A stretch of 64,000 bases of DNA. Origin: Gaiellaceae bacterium (GTDB lineage Bacteria; Actinomycetota; Thermoleophilia; Gaiellales; Gaiellaceae). Location of the stretch: contig JBJMJR010000012.1 in assembly GCA_045806245.1 (NCBI GenBank), positions 3,941 to 67,940 on the forward strand, given 5' to 3'. This document shows, one piece after another, positions 9,723 through 18,620 of this stretch; the stretch's first letter is position 1; every line of letters starts with the position of its first letter. The notes beneath the pieces were generated by a model, which worked only from the letters and a program-made list of their open reading frames with translations, made no database searches and was not told the DNA's origin. The position numbers were made by a program, and so were the translations under genes.

Positions 9723-10030
9723 GGTTCGGGCTCTCTGCGCTCCCGCTTCTTGAACATCTCGAGCATGCGGTCGGTGACGACGAACCCACCGACGACGTTC
9801 GCCGATGCCAGGACGACGGCGATCAGGCCGATGACGGTCGTCAGTGTGTCCTTGTGGTCGGCACCCGCGACGAGCATTGCGCCCACGATCACGATGCCGT
9901 GAATCGCGTTCGTCCCCGACATCAACGGTGTGTGCAGCAGCGTCGGCACCTTCGAGATCACCTCGAAGCCGAGGAAGATCGCGAGCACCAGGATCGTGAT
10001 CTCGAAGGTCAGCAGCAGGCCGTGACTCAT
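9719..10030 (-). CDS. pntAB: NAD(P) transhydrogenase subunit alpha part 2 (membrane)
   Basis: 103 aa, 3 TM helices, 'PLMSGTNAIHGIVIVGAM'. ATGA overlap with the pntAA stop. Confidence 0.85.
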   Translation of the reverse strand: MSHGLLLTFEITILVLAIFLGFEVISKVPTLLHTPLMSGTNAIHGIVIVGAMLVAGADHKDTLTTVIGLIAVVLASANVVGGFVVTDRMLEMFKKRERREPEP

Positions 10031-11106
10031 GCCGCCACCTTCGCGCGCGTAACGCAGGCACCTGCCGTGATCTCGTCGTCCCAGTCGAGCGCGAGCGTGC
10101 CTTCGGGCGCGAGGTGCTGCAGCAGTGCGGACACGTTCCGCGCGTACAGCTGGCTGGCATGGAACGGCATCGTCGCCGGGAGGTTCGTCAACCCGACGAT
10201 CGTCACTCCTTCGCGCTCGGCAATCTCGCCCGGCTGCGTCAGCTCGCAGTTTCCGCCCGCCTCCGCCGCGAGGTCGACGATCACGGAGCCAGGTTTCATC
10301 TTGGCGACCGCGCCGGCGGGAATCAGCCGCGGCGCTGCGCGGCCGGGAATGAGCGCCGTCGTGATCACCGCGTCGTACTCCGGGATGCGTTCCTCGAGCG
10401 CCTCCTGCTGACGCCGCTGCTCGTCCTCGTTCAGCTCGCGCGCGTACCCGCCTGCCGTCTCCTCACCGACGACACCGAGGTCGAGGAAGGTCGCGCCCAG
10501 GCTCTCGACCTGCTCGCGCACGACGGGCCGCACGTCGAAGCCCGCGACGACGGCGCCGAGCCGGCGCGCGGTTGCGATCGCCTGCAACCCGGCGACCCCG
10601 GCGCCGAGGACGAGCACCTTCGCCGGCGCGACGGTGCCCGCGGCCGTCATCAACATCGGGAAGAACCGGGGCAGCCGGTCCGCCGCGATCAGCACCGCCT
10701 TGTAGCCCGACACCGTCGCCTGTGACGACAGCGCGTCCATCGGTTGCGCGCGTGTGATGCGCGGGATCGACTCCATCGCGAACCCGTTCACGCCCTGGGC
10801 GGCCAGCCGTTCGATGCCCGCCGCGTCGGTCAGCGGCTCCAGAAAACCCACGAGTACCTGCCCGCTGCGCAGGCGGCCTGCTTCCTCCGCCGACGGTTTG
10901 CGCACCTTTGCGACCGCGTCGGCATCCCAGACCGCTTCCGACACCGTCGCGCCCGCCTCGCGGTAGGCATCGTCCGGGAACGACGCCGCCGCGCCCGCGC
11001 CCGGCTCGACGACGACGTCGAAGCCGGCGAGGCGTGAGATCGCGTCGGGAACGAGTGCCACTCGGCGCTCGCCTGGGTCGAGCTCCCGCGGGACGCCGAT
11101 GCGCAC
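10027..11106 (-). CDS. pntAA: NAD(P) transhydrogenase subunit alpha part 1 (dI, alanine-dehydrogenase-like)
   Basis: 'MRIGVPRE...ERRVALVP' and Rossmann motif 'VLVLGAGVAGLQAIATARRLGA'. Confidence 0.9.
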   Translation of the reverse strand: MRIGVPRELDPGERRVALVPDAISRLAGFDVVVEPGAGAAASFPDDAYREAGATVSEAVWDADAVAKVRKPSAEEAGRLRSGQVLVGFLEPLTDAAGIERLAAQGVNGFAMESIPRITRAQPMDALSSQATVSGYKAVLIAADRLPRFFPMLMTAAGTVAPAKVLVLGAGVAGLQAIATARRLGAVVAGFDVRPVVREQVESLGATFLDLGVVGEETAGGYARELNEDEQRRQQEALEERIPEYDAVITTALIPGRAAPRLIPAGAVAKMKPGSVIVDLAAEAGGNCELTQPGEIAEREGVTIVGLTNLPATMPFHASQLYARNVSALLQHLAPEGTLALDWDDEITAGACVTRAKVAA

Positions 11107-11135
11107 GGCGCGATCTTACGTAGCCTGATCCGGGC

Positions 11136-11726
11136 GTGACCCACTTCATCGACGACTACGGGCTGTGGTTCCTGTTCGCAATCGTGTGCCTGGAGAGCGC
11201 CGGCCTCTGGCTGCCCGGCGAGACCGCACTGATCGCTGCAGCGGTGCTCGCCGCGAAAGGCCATCTCTCGATCGCGGGAGTGATCGTGGTTGCGGCGGCG
11301 GCCGCGATCATCGGCGACAACATCGGCTACTGGCTCGGGCGCGAAGGCGCGCGACGGCTGATCGACCGCTACGCCCGGCTCCGCCGCTACGCCGACCGCG
11401 TCTTACCGCCCGCCGAGCGCTTCTTCGAGCGGCACGGCGGCAAGGCCGTCTTCTTCGCGCGCTTCTTCGGAGGCCTGCGAGTGACCGGCGCGTGGATGGC
11501 GGGCATCACGCGCATGCAGTGGTGGCGATTCCTCGCGTGGAACGCGGCCGGCGGGATCGTCTGGGCGCTCGGTGTCGGGCTGCTCGCGTATTACGCCGGA
11601 AGGGCAGCGGCCGACGCGCTCGCGCGCTACGGCGTCTACGCGGCGATCGCCGGCGGCGTCGGGGTCGTATTGCTGATCGCAGCGCTGCACCTCTGGCGGC
11701 GTCGCGTCGTCGAGGGAAGCGCATGA
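11136..11726 (+). CDS. DedA/SNARE-associated family membrane protein
   Basis: 'LESAGLWLPGETALIAAAVLA' and 'GKAVFFARF' are typical DedA motifs. It is divergent from pntAA with a 29-bp spacer. Confidence 0.8.
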   Translation: MTHFIDDYGLWFLFAIVCLESAGLWLPGETALIAAAVLAAKGHLSIAGVIVVAAAAAIIGDNIGYWLGREGARRLIDRYARLRRYADRVLPPAERFFERHGGKAVFFARFFGGLRVTGAWMAGITRMQWWRFLAWNAAGGIVWALGVGLLAYYAGRAAADALARYGVYAAIAGGVGVVLLIAALHLWRRRVVEGSA

Positions 11727-12556
11727 CGCGCGTCGCCGTCCTCGGGCTCGTCGCGGCGGCCGTGCTGTCGTGCACGGCTGCGCGCGCCGACGGGGGCGTG
11801 CCCGGCTTCGGCCACGTCGTCGTGATCACGTTCGAGAACAAGGAACAGGACCAGGTCGTCGGCTCGAGCTCCGCGCCGACGTTCACCGCGATGGCGCGGC
11901 GCTACGCACAGCTCACGAACTACGAGGCCGTCGCGCATCCCAGCCTGCCGAACTACCTCGCGCTCATCTCGGGCTCCACACACGGCATCCACAGCGACTG
12001 CACGAGCTGCGGTATCGACGGCCGGAACCTCGCCGACACGCTCGGCTCGGCCGGCCGCAGCTGGAAGGCCTACGCCGAAGGACTGCCGCGCGCAGGCTGG
12101 ACCGGCGCGTTCGCGGGTCTCTACGCAAAGAAGCACATGCCGTTCCTGTACTTCCGCGACGTCGCCATGAGCCCGGCCCGGCGCGGGCGGGTCGTCCCGG
12201 TCACGCAGCTCGCGACCGACCTCGCTGCCGACGCTGTGCCGGACTTTGCGCTCGTCGTGCCGAACCTCTGCAACTCGATGCACGACTGCCCGGTCGCCAC
12301 CGGCGACCGCTGGCTGGCGCGCATGCTGCCGCCGCTGCTGGCGCTCCCGGAGACGGTCGTCTTCGTCGTCTTCGACGAGGGCGCGGGCGGCAACCACGTG
12401 CCCGCGCTCGCGCTCGGCACGGCGGTCCGCACGGGCTCCCGCGCGACTGCCAGGACCGGCCACTACGGGCTGCTGCGGACGATCGAAACGGCGTGGGGCC
12501 TGCCGCTCCTCGGCCGGTCCGCGTCGGCGCGGCCGATCACCGGCATCTGGCGCTAG
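11723..12556 (+). CDS. secreted phosphoesterase-family protein (acid phosphatase / non-haemolytic PLC-like)
   Basis: Start re-called to ATG 11723 (ATGA overlap with the dedA stop). Signal peptide, then 'HVVVITFENK....PNYLALISGST..I.SD'. Confidence 0.7.
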   Translation: MTRVAVLGLVAAAVLSCTAARADGGVPGFGHVVVITFENKEQDQVVGSSSAPTFTAMARRYAQLTNYEAVAHPSLPNYLALISGSTHGIHSDCTSCGIDGRNLADTLGSAGRSWKAYAEGLPRAGWTGAFAGLYAKKHMPFLYFRDVAMSPARRGRVVPVTQLATDLAADAVPDFALVVPNLCNSMHDCPVATGDRWLARMLPPLLALPETVVFVVFDEGAGGNHVPALALGTAVRTGSRATARTGHYGLLRTIETAWGLPLLGRSASARPITGIWR

Positions 12557-12595
12557 AGAGGGATTCGGCCGCGAAGCTGGAATGAGGTCAGCCCG

Positions 12596-13162
12596 ATGCT
12601 GGCCGCTCTCGCCTCAGCGCAAGCCGCGCGCGACCCCTCGACTGCGGCGCACTGCACCCGTGTCACCGACCTGGCGATGCGTCTCGCCACGTGGATGGGC
12701 TGGAACGCGGACGGGATTCGTCGTCTGCATGTCGGCGCGAGGCTGCACGACATCGGCAAGGTCATGATCTCCGAGCGGATCCTGAGCAAGCGTGGTCCGC
12801 TCAGCCCGGCGGAGCTGGCGGAGATCCGCACGCATCCCGCGGCGGGGGCACGGTTGATCGCGCCGGTCGGGCCGGCGCACGACGCGCTGCCGTACGTGCT
12901 CTACCACCACGAGCGCTGGGACGGAACCGGTTATCCGACGAGCCGAACCGGCACACACGTCCCCGAGGGCGCGCGCTTGCTTGCCGTCGTGGACGCGTTC
13001 GACGCGATGACGTCCAACCGCGCGTACCGCCGCGCGCTGCCGACCTTCCATGCGCTCGCCGAGATCGAGCGCTGCGCGGGCACGCAGTTCGACCCGGACA
13101 TCGCGCACGCGTTCCTCCGCGCATGGAGCGCCGGCGCCTTCGCCGACGCCGCCGCGATCTAG
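12596..13162 (+). CDS. stand-alone HD-GYP domain protein (putative c-di-GMP phosphodiesterase)
   Basis: 'HCTRV..LA..LA', 'GARLHDIGKV', 'HHERWDGTGYP', 'DAFDAMTSNRAYR'. Confidence 0.8.
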   Translation: MLAALASAQAARDPSTAAHCTRVTDLAMRLATWMGWNADGIRRLHVGARLHDIGKVMISERILSKRGPLSPAELAEIRTHPAAGARLIAPVGPAHDALPYVLYHHERWDGTGYPTSRTGTHVPEGARLLAVVDAFDAMTSNRAYRRALPTFHALAEIERCAGTQFDPDIAHAFLRAWSAGAFADAAAI

Positions 13163-13188
13163 GCGCCGACTAGGCGGCGCCGCAGAGA

Positions 13189-13215
13189 GGCCGTGCGAGC
13201 TTTGCTCGCGCGACC
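13189..13215. repeat. GC-rich hairpin at a convergent gene junction; member of a small related hairpin family (see 23345..23371)
   Basis: GGCCGTGCGAGC-TTT-GCTCGCGCGACC (10 WC pairs, 1 GU, 1 mismatch), preceded by AGAGG. It lies between the HD-GYP stop and the dehydrogenase stop. Confidence 0.5.
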
Positions 13216-13267
13216 GTCCTGACTAACGCTCTGGGTAAGACCTCGCAAAAGCCTGCGCTGCGGCTCG

Positions 13268-14332
13268 TTAGAGCTTCGACTTCACGCGGCGGACGACCTC
13301 GTCCGTGAACTCCGTTGTCCCCGCATGGCCGCCGAGGTCGGCCGTGCGCACGCCCTGCGCCACGGCCTCGAGGCAGGCCTCGCGGATCGCGCGCCCCGCC
13401 TGCTGCGCCTGCTCGTCGCCGCTCGCCAGCAGTGCCGCGCCGGCGAGGATCATCGCCATCGGGTTGGCGACGTCCTTGCCCTGCAGCGACGGCGCCGTCC
13501 CGTGCGCGGCCTCGGCCATCAGGGCGCGCGTCTCGTAGTCCTCGTCGAACGCGACCAGCAGCGACTCCGATCCGGCGATCGAGCCGAACAGCGGCAGCAC
13601 CAGGTCGGAGAGGATGTCGCCGTCGCGGTTCAGCGCGGGAATCACGAGCGGGTCGCCCGTCGACGCGATCAGCAGCGCGAACGTCGCGTCGATCAACTGC
13701 GGCTCGTACGTCACCCCGGGATGTCGCTCCGCTGCCGCATCCATCTCCTCCTTCAGGAGTCCCTCGTACGTCGGGCTGACGGTGTACTTCGGGCCGCCGA
13801 AGACCTTTGCGCCGACTTGCTCGGCGTGCCGGAACGAGTACTCCGCGACCGAGCGGCAGATGCGCCGCTCGATTCGCTCGGTGCGGAACGCGACTTCGTC
13901 GTCGCCGTCGCCCTCGCGCCACTCCTTCGCGCCGTACGCATCGCCGACCGCCATTCGGACGATTGAGATCGGGGCGTGCACCCCGCCGAGTGGAATCACG
14001 CCGGGAATTCTCCGGCCGGTGCGCACGATCACGCGCCCGCCGATCTCCTCGCGGAGGATGCGGTTCGGCGAGCCGACGTCGTCGCGCCCTTCCGGCGTGA
14101 CCGTTGCAGCCTTCAAGCCGAGCCCGTGCTCGCGGACTGCGCGCGCAGCCTCGTGCACGACGCCGTTGCCGGTCTGACGGCGCGCTTCGAGCGAGAGGTC
14201 GTAACGCGGAAAATCGAGCTCGAGACCGATCACGTCGGGTGCGAGAACGCGCAAGGATTCCTCGAGCAGTTCCTGACCCGTTTCGTCGCCTTCGAGCACC
14301 ACCACCGTTTTGACGTCCACGTTCGCGGACAC
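13268..14332 (-). CDS. isocitrate/isopropylmalate dehydrogenase-family protein
   Basis: Start re-called to GTG 14332 (alternative GTG 14320); the track ORF continued antisense through topIB to 15256. 'VVVLEGDETGQELL' and 'AAHGTAPSLQGKDVANPMAMILAGA'. Confidence 0.8.
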   Translation of the reverse strand: MSANVDVKTVVVLEGDETGQELLEESLRVLAPDVIGLELDFPRYDLSLEARRQTGNGVVHEAARAVREHGLGLKAATVTPEGRDDVGSPNRILREEIGGRVIVRTGRRIPGVIPLGGVHAPISIVRMAVGDAYGAKEWREGDGDDEVAFRTERIERRICRSVAEYSFRHAEQVGAKVFGGPKYTVSPTYEGLLKEEMDAAAERHPGVTYEPQLIDATFALLIASTGDPLVIPALNRDGDILSDLVLPLFGSIAGSESLLVAFDEDYETRALMAEAAHGTAPSLQGKDVANPMAMILAGAALLASGDEQAQQAGRAIREACLEAVAQGVRTADLGGHAGTTEFTDEVVRRVKSKL

Positions 14333-14344
14333 TAGCGGGGGAGC

Positions 14345-15361
14345 ATGCCGAGGAAAGGGGGTTGGAGGCGCTTGGGGTCGAGCGGACGATTCCGCTACGT
14401 CGACGCGCGCGGAAACGCGATCAGAGACGAGGAAAAGCTCGAGCGAATTCGCGCGCTCGTGATCCCACCGGCCTGGAAGGATGTGTGGATCTCGTCGAGC
14501 CCGAGCTCGAAGCTGCAGGCCACCGGCGTGGACGCCGCCGGACGGCGGCAGTACCTCTATCACGCGAACTTCCGCGCGCAGCAGGAGCAGGCGAAGTTCG
14601 ACAAGCTGATCCGCTTCGCCGAGCGGTTGCCGGGCCTGCGCGCGGCCGCCGCCGAACATCTCGACCACGAAACGCTCGACCGCCTGCGCGTCTCGGCAAT
14701 TGCGATCCGCCTGATCAACGCCGGCTGGTTCCGCGTCGGGTCCGAGCGCTACGCGAAGGAATCGCGCACGTACGGGATCACGACGCTCCGGAAGACGCAC
14801 GTGCACGTTCGCGGCAAGCGCATCGCCTTCGACTTCATCGGCAAGCACCGCACCGTGGTGCGCACGACGCTCGTCGACGAGGAGCTGGCGGACAACGTGA
14901 AGGAGCTGCTCTCGCTGCGAGGCGGCCGCCGTCTCTTTCGCTACGAGTGGGAGGGCGGGATCTACAGCCTGACCGGCGCGCGCCTGAACGACTACGTGCG
15001 CGAGTACATGGGAGAAGAGTTCACGGCCAAGGACTTCCGCACCTGGGGTGGGACGCTGATCGCCGCGATTGCCTTCGCTGAGCAGGGGCCGCCGGAGACG
15101 GAAACGGCGGCGAAGAAGGTGATACCCGCCGTGATGCGCCGCGTCGGCAAGGAGCTCGGCAATACACCCGCAGTTGCGCGTAGCTCGTACGTCAGCCCAG
15201 CGGTGATCGATCAGTATCTCGACGGCAGAACGATCGAAGATTTCCGTCCGCGACATTTGCGCGTCGTGCGCGCGCGGAACATCGACCTCGACCCGGAAGA
15301 ACAGGCCCTCTTGAGCCTGCTTCGTTCCTGGAAAATCCGGCAGGCGCGGGCTGCCGCCTGA
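14345..15361 (+). CDS. bacterial type IB DNA topoisomerase (poxvirus-like)
   Basis: 'IPPAW.DVWIS......LQATG.DAAGRRQYLYH', 'TLRK.HV', 'FTAKDFRTWGGT', and the active-site Tyr context 'ARSSYVSP'. Confidence 0.8.
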   Translation: MPRKGGWRRLGSSGRFRYVDARGNAIRDEEKLERIRALVIPPAWKDVWISSSPSSKLQATGVDAAGRRQYLYHANFRAQQEQAKFDKLIRFAERLPGLRAAAAEHLDHETLDRLRVSAIAIRLINAGWFRVGSERYAKESRTYGITTLRKTHVHVRGKRIAFDFIGKHRTVVRTTLVDEELADNVKELLSLRGGRRLFRYEWEGGIYSLTGARLNDYVREYMGEEFTAKDFRTWGGTLIAAIAFAEQGPPETETAAKKVIPAVMRRVGKELGNTPAVARSSYVSPAVIDQYLDGRTIEDFRPRHLRVVRARNIDLDPEEQALLSLLRSWKIRQARAAA

Positions 15362-15420
15362 TTCAAGGCGCTTTGGCTAAGCTCAGGCACGAGACAGCGC
15401 CGAATTCGAGGAGGAAATCC

Positions 15421-15618
15421 GTGGCACGTGTTACGAGGCTCGTATGCGACAACTGCGGCAAAGAAGTCGAGGAAGCGAAAGGCGCAGTGATGCGTATCAA
15501 CTTCACGGACGCACGCCGCGGTTCGAAGCAGGCCGATCTCTGCGACGCGTGCGCGGGCAAGATGCCCGGCCAGGCTGTCGCGCGCAGAGGCCGCCGGCCG
15601 AAGTCGGCAGCGGCGTAG
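15421..15618 (+). CDS. small zinc-ribbon protein with a basic AT-hook-like tail
   Basis: Start re-called to GTG 15421, 7 nt after a strong SD (GAGGAGG). 65 aa with CDNCG...CDAC (CxxC-N24-CxxC) and a C-terminal 'ARRGRRPKSAAA'. Confidence 0.55.
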   Translation: MARVTRLVCDNCGKEVEEAKGAVMRINFTDARRGSKQADLCDACAGKMPGQAVARRGRRPKSAAA

Positions 15619-15683
15619 GAAGTTCTCGCACGTAGCGGCCGCGCCGGACGGCGCCGTCCGAACCCAGGCCTAACATGGGTTAG

Positions 15684-18620
15684 TTGGGTCTGAACTTGAT
15701 CACCGGCCCGGCGAATGCCGGGAAGGTGGCGCTCCTGCTGCGCCGGTATCTGGAGGCTCTGGACGACGAGCCGTACCTGATCGTGCCGAACCGGTCGGAC
15801 GTCGAGCGCGTCGAGCGCGACCTGCTCGAGCTGCAGCCTGCGCTGCTCGCCGGCTCGATCGGGACCTTCGACGATCTGTTCAAGCAGATCGCGCGCCGCG
15901 GCGCAGGCACGCGACCGGTCGCGACCGACGCACAGCGGACGCTGCTCGTGCGCCGTGCGCTCGCATCCCAGTCGCTCAACGGCCTCGGCCGCTCGGCACG
16001 TTTCGGCGGCTTCGCCGATGCGCTGCTCGCGACGGTGGCGGAGCTCGAGTCGGGGCTGCTCGACCCGAACGACCTCGAGGGTGACCTCGCCACCCTCTAC
16101 GCCGCGTATCGCGCCGAGCTCGACCGCCTCGATCTCTGGGATCGCGACCTGCTCCGGCGTCATGCGGCCGAGCGGGTCGCGAGCGAGCTCGATGCATGGA
16201 ACGGCGAGCCGGTCTTCGCCTACGGCTTCGAGGATCTGACCGGCGCCGAATGGGCGCTGCTGCAGGCGCTCGCCGGGCGCACCGCCGTGACAGTGTCGAT
16301 GCCGTACGAGCCGGGGCGGCCCGCGTTCGCCTCCCTGGCGCGCACGATGGAGGACCTCGCCTCGCTCGCCGACGGGCGCATCGAGGAGCTGCCGCCGGAC
16401 TTCGAGCGGGTCGCCGCGCCGGCGCTCGCACACCTCGAGCGGACGCTGTTCTCGGAAGGCGCCGCAGCAGGGGCCCCGCCGATCGACGGCGCGCTGCGCT
16501 TCTTCGAGGCCGCGGGCACACGCGGCGTGCTCGAGCTCGTCGGCGAGGAGCTGCTCACGTTGATCCGCGGTGGCACCGCGCCGGAGGAGATCGGCATCGT
16601 CTGCCCGACGCTCGACCGCTGGCAGGCGCCGCTCGGGACGGCGCTCGCGACCCTCGGTGTTCCGTACGCGCTGGAGGCGTACGTGCGCCTCGACAAGACG
16701 GCCTACGGACAGGCGCTGCTGAACCTGCTGCGGTTCGCGTGGCTCGGCGGCGGGCGCGCGGAGCTGTTCGCGTTCCTGCGCTCGCCGTATTCGGCGCTGT
16801 CGCGCCAGAGCGCCGACTTCCTCGAGGGCCGCCTGCGCGGACGCGCCGTCACCGAGCCGGAGAAGGTCGAAGAGGAGACGATCCGGTTGCGCGACGGCCA
16901 GCCGCTGCCGGTGTTGGAAGCGCTGCGTTCGGCGCCGACGCCGCTCGACGCCGTCGCGGCGTTGGCCGGCTCGATGCTGCGCGCGGCATACGGGCTCGAG
17001 GCCCCGCCGGTCGGCGAGACGTCGCGGCACGACATCCGCGCGCACGACGCGGTCATGCGGCTGCTCGGCGAGCTGCGCGGGTGGAGCGAGCTCGAAGGCT
17101 CGCTCTCGACCGAGGAGCTCGTCGGTGCGCTCGAGCGCGCGGAGGTGCGACGGGCGTCTGGTGCCGAGCCCGGGCGCGTCGCCGTCCTCGACCTGCTGCG
17201 CGCGCGAACCCGCCGCTTCGAGATCGTCTTCGTGCTCGGACTGGAGGAGGGGAGGCTGCCGCGACGCGGGCACGAGTCTCCGTTCCTCGCAGACGACGCG
17301 CGCCGCGAGCTCGACGAGCGCTCGCGTGCACGGCTCGCGCGGCCCGACCAAGTCGCGCGCGACCGCTACCTCTTCTACACGGCATGCACGCGCGCGACGA
17401 AGCGCGTCTACCTCGCGCGCGAGGCGGCCGGCGACGACGGCGGCCCGCGCTCGCCCAGCCCGTTCTGGGACGAGGTCGTCGCGCTGTTTCCCGCCGACGA
17501 CGTCCAGCGCTGGACCCGGCGCCGCCCGCTCTCGCAACTGACGTGGCCGATCGAGACGGCGCCGACCGAGCGCGAGCGGCTGCGGGCCGTCGCGCTGCGC
17601 GTGCCCGAGGATCGCGCCGCCGCAGAGGCGATCGCGGCGGCGAACCAGTGGGAGCGCCGGCTCGCCCGAGCGTTGCGCGCTTTCGAGCGGCCGACACGGC
17701 TCACGCACCCCGCCGTCCTCGCCGAGCTGGGCAACCGCACGACGTTCAACGTCACCGAGCTCGAGCGCTTCGTCGACTGCTCGTCGATGTGGTTCCTCGA
17801 CCGGCTGATCGACCCGAAGACGATGGACCGCGAGGTCGACGCGCGGATGCGCGGATCGATCGCGCATCAGGCGCTGTATCGCTTCTACTCCGGTGTCCCC
17901 AAGGAGCTCGGGATCGAGCGCGTCGGCCCCGACGACCTCGAGACGGCGCTGCCCTATCTGCGGCGCTGCCTCGACGAGGCCGTCGACGGCCAGCGGATGG
18001 AGTTGACCGAGCTGCAGCAGCGCGAGCTTCGCCACGGCCTCTGGCGCGACCTCGAGGCGTTCGTGCGCGACGATGCAGCGGCCGAGGCGCCGCTCGTTCC
18101 GCGCCGGTTCGAGGTGTCGTTCGGAACCGACCGCGCCGCGCCGGAGCTGCAGCGCGGCCTCGAGCTCGCAAACGGCGTCACCCTCTCGGGCAAGATCGAC
18201 CGCATCGACATCGACCCGTTCAGCGCGCGCGGGATCGTCCAGGACTACAAGGCCGGGAAGCGCGGCCACTCCGCGGCCGAGATCGAGTCGGAGAAGAAGC
18301 TGCAGATCCCGCTGTACATGCTCGTCCTGCGCGACCTCGTCGGGATCGAGCCACTCGGCGGGCTGTACCGGCCGCTGTCCGGCGAGCGGAAGCCGCGCGG
18401 GCTGCTGCGCGCGGAGTCGCGTGACGACGGTGTGCCGGGATTCTCGAACAACGACTACCTCGACGAGGAGACGTTCTGGAGCCAGGTCGAGCGCTCGCGC
18501 GACCTCGCCGTCGGCATCGTCGAGCGCCTGCGCAGCGGCGACATCCGCCACGACCCGAAGGGCTCGGACTGCCCGACGTGGTGCGCGCTCGGGCCGATGT
18601 GCCGGGTGAGGCGCGCATGA
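15684..18620 (+). CDS. addB: AddB-type helicase-nuclease subunit (inactive-helicase + RecB nuclease with Fe-S cluster)
   Basis: N-terminal 'ITGPANAGKV', nuclease 'GKIDRID....IVQDYKAGK', and Cys ligands 'FVDCSSMW' + 'CPTWCALGPMC'. TTG start. ATGA overlap with addA. Confidence 0.8.
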   Translation: MGLNLITGPANAGKVALLLRRYLEALDDEPYLIVPNRSDVERVERDLLELQPALLAGSIGTFDDLFKQIARRGAGTRPVATDAQRTLLVRRALASQSLNGLGRSARFGGFADALLATVAELESGLLDPNDLEGDLATLYAAYRAELDRLDLWDRDLLRRHAAERVASELDAWNGEPVFAYGFEDLTGAEWALLQALAGRTAVTVSMPYEPGRPAFASLARTMEDLASLADGRIEELPPDFERVAAPALAHLERTLFSEGAAAGAPPIDGALRFFEAAGTRGVLELVGEELLTLIRGGTAPEEIGIVCPTLDRWQAPLGTALATLGVPYALEAYVRLDKTAYGQALLNLLRFAWLGGGRAELFAFLRSPYSALSRQSADFLEGRLRGRAVTEPEKVEEETIRLRDGQPLPVLEALRSAPTPLDAVAALAGSMLRAAYGLEAPPVGETSRHDIRAHDAVMRLLGELRGWSELEGSLSTEELVGALERAEVRRASGAEPGRVAVLDLLRARTRRFEIVFVLGLEEGRLPRRGHESPFLADDARRELDERSRARLARPDQVARDRYLFYTACTRATKRVYLAREAAGDDGGPRSPSPFWDEVVALFPADDVQRWTRRRPLSQLTWPIETAPTERERLRAVALRVPEDRAAAEAIAAANQWERRLARALRAFERPTRLTHPAVLAELGNRTTFNVTELERFVDCSSMWFLDRLIDPKTMDREVDARMRGSIAHQALYRFYSGVPKELGIERVGPDDLETALPYLRRCLDEAVDGQRMELTELQQRELRHGLWRDLEAFVRDDAAAEAPLVPRRFEVSFGTDRAAPELQRGLELANGVTLSGKIDRIDIDPFSARGIVQDYKAGKRGHSAAEIESEKKLQIPLYMLVLRDLVGIEPLGGLYRPLSGERKPRGLLRAESRDDGVPGFSNNDYLDEETFWSQVERSRDLAVGIVERLRSGDIRHDPKGSDCPTWCALGPMCRVRRA

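Noticed and set aside
8302-9902. Alternative-frame ORFs (495 aa minus, 411 aa plus) inside pntB
   Set aside because: These are Arg/Gly/Asp-rich nonsense with no TM pattern. The pntB frame gives a textbook multi-TM protein with the dIII domain.
14333-15256. N-terminal 300-aa extension of track ORF 13268..15256
   Set aside because: The extension runs antisense through the topoisomerase IB gene and has shadow-frame composition. The dehydrogenase homology only begins at 'VSANVDVKTVVVLEGDETG', so the start was moved to 14332.
15363-18551. 1062-aa uninterrupted ORF antisense to addB
   Set aside because: This is a typical high-GC shadow frame. Its composition is dominated by R/A/L/E/D/V runs with no motifs, and it mirrors the addB frame codon for codon. 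The sense strand carries clear AddB motifs, including the Fe-S Cys cluster.
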